Positions 63,440-64,000 of a DNA stretch of 64,000 nucleotides are shown one piece after another. The DNA is taken from positions 16,293-80,292 of the forward strand of contig JBAZJV010000003.1 of NCBI GenBank assembly GCA_041651095.1. Direction: 5' to 3'. The DNA comes from Patescibacteria group bacterium (GTDB taxonomy: Bacteria > Patescibacteriota > Patescibacteriia > Patescibacteriales > UBA12465). The number at the start of each line of letters is the position of its first letter. The first letter of the stretch is position 1. A program made the position numbers and the translations under genes. Below the pieces are notes generated by a model that ran no database searches, was not told the DNA's origin, and saw only the letters and a program-made list of their open reading frames with translations.

Positions 63440-64000
63440 ATGCAAAGGCTCACTTTATCTTTTCATCTCAACATGTTCATCAATTTCGCGGAACTATACG
63501 TCAAACAGATTTTCAAATATCTCGACGCCTTAGGCATGATAACGGATGCCGGCGATGACATATTAGAAAACAAATTAGAGAATTTCATTACCTTGAATTA
63601 CGAGAAAGGCAAGAAGTTCCTATCGTATCATGTATGTAAAATGGTCGACCGACCTGATCAGGCAATAATGCTGGAACAAAAAATGATTAATATTGATTAT
63701 CAGCTGGCCGAAGAATACCGCTTGAATCTCGCGCTCTTTAAAAAAGTCGCCCAGTTGAAGAATGCTGACTATACGATTGTTTTATATACCAATCGCACCA
63801 GGGAGTATTTACAATACATCTCCAGATTAGTCGGTCTGCGGCTAGAAATATTTGATTCAATTCTGTCGGCTGATCAGTCAAACAGCGTCCGCCAAAGTCC
63901 GTTAGCTGATTTATCAACCAAGACCGGCATAGTCCATTTCAGCCGGACTAAAGAAGATTCGATTTCTCATGGGAACAATGTCCATCTGGTCATTTTTCCG
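63440..64000 (+). CDS. Hypothetical protein, possibly HAD-like fold, 3' end outside window
   Basis: Frame open from ATG 63440 to the window end (187 codons, hand-checked). IVLYTNRTREYLQYISRLVGL...FDSILSAD resembles HAD motif II/III spacing, but no N-terminal DxD motif is seen. Confidence 0.35.
   Translation, partial: MQRLTLSFHLNMFINFAELYVKQIFKYLDALGMITDAGDDILENKLENFITLNYEKGKKFLSYHVCKMVDRPDQAIMLEQKMINIDYQLAEEYRLNLALFKKVAQLKNADYTIVLYTNRTREYLQYISRLVGLRLEIFDSILSADQSNSVRQSPLADLSTKTGIVHFSRTKEDSISHGNNVHLVIFP

Overview
Gene-dense chromosomal window, about 50% GC by eye, with several AT-rich islands. It carries streamlined housekeeping genes (secE-nusG-rplK-rplA, rplJ-rplL, metG, serS, gltX, pyrG, dnaX, cca, rsmI, tsaC, alr, an ftsQ-like gene). 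It also carries an [FeFe]-hydrogenase with a NuoF-like partner, a type IV pilin, a GT4/Wzy/Wzz-type surface-polysaccharide locus, and many orphan secreted or membrane proteins. This content suggests an uncultivated small-genome anaerobe, possibly CPR/Patescibacteria; that is inference only, as no rRNA or tRNA gene was seen. The most interesting region is about 31.2-36.3 kb. It holds a roughly 5.1-kb block of ten tightly packed minus-strand ORFs whose order and protein architectures match an inovirus (filamentous phage) morphogenesis module. The order is small TM proteins, a pVIII-like major coat protein, a pIII-like secreted and anchored protein, a pVI-like 3-TM protein, and a Zot/pI-like ATPase. 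The block sits between housekeeping genes. It ends at a dif-like site whose core is identical over 16 nt to E. coli dif and lies 111 bp upstream of a Xer-type tyrosine recombinase gene. This suggests a Xer-exploiting integrative element (IMEX-like). Inside the element are two unusual structured DNA/RNA elements. One is a tandem pair of hairpins with an identical 43-nt core and covarying basal stems. The other is a 137-nt three-tier hairpin just after the coat gene. No Rep, ssDNA-binding protein or secretin gene is recognisable. All family assignments come from motif-level reading of the translations. No database search or folding computation was run.
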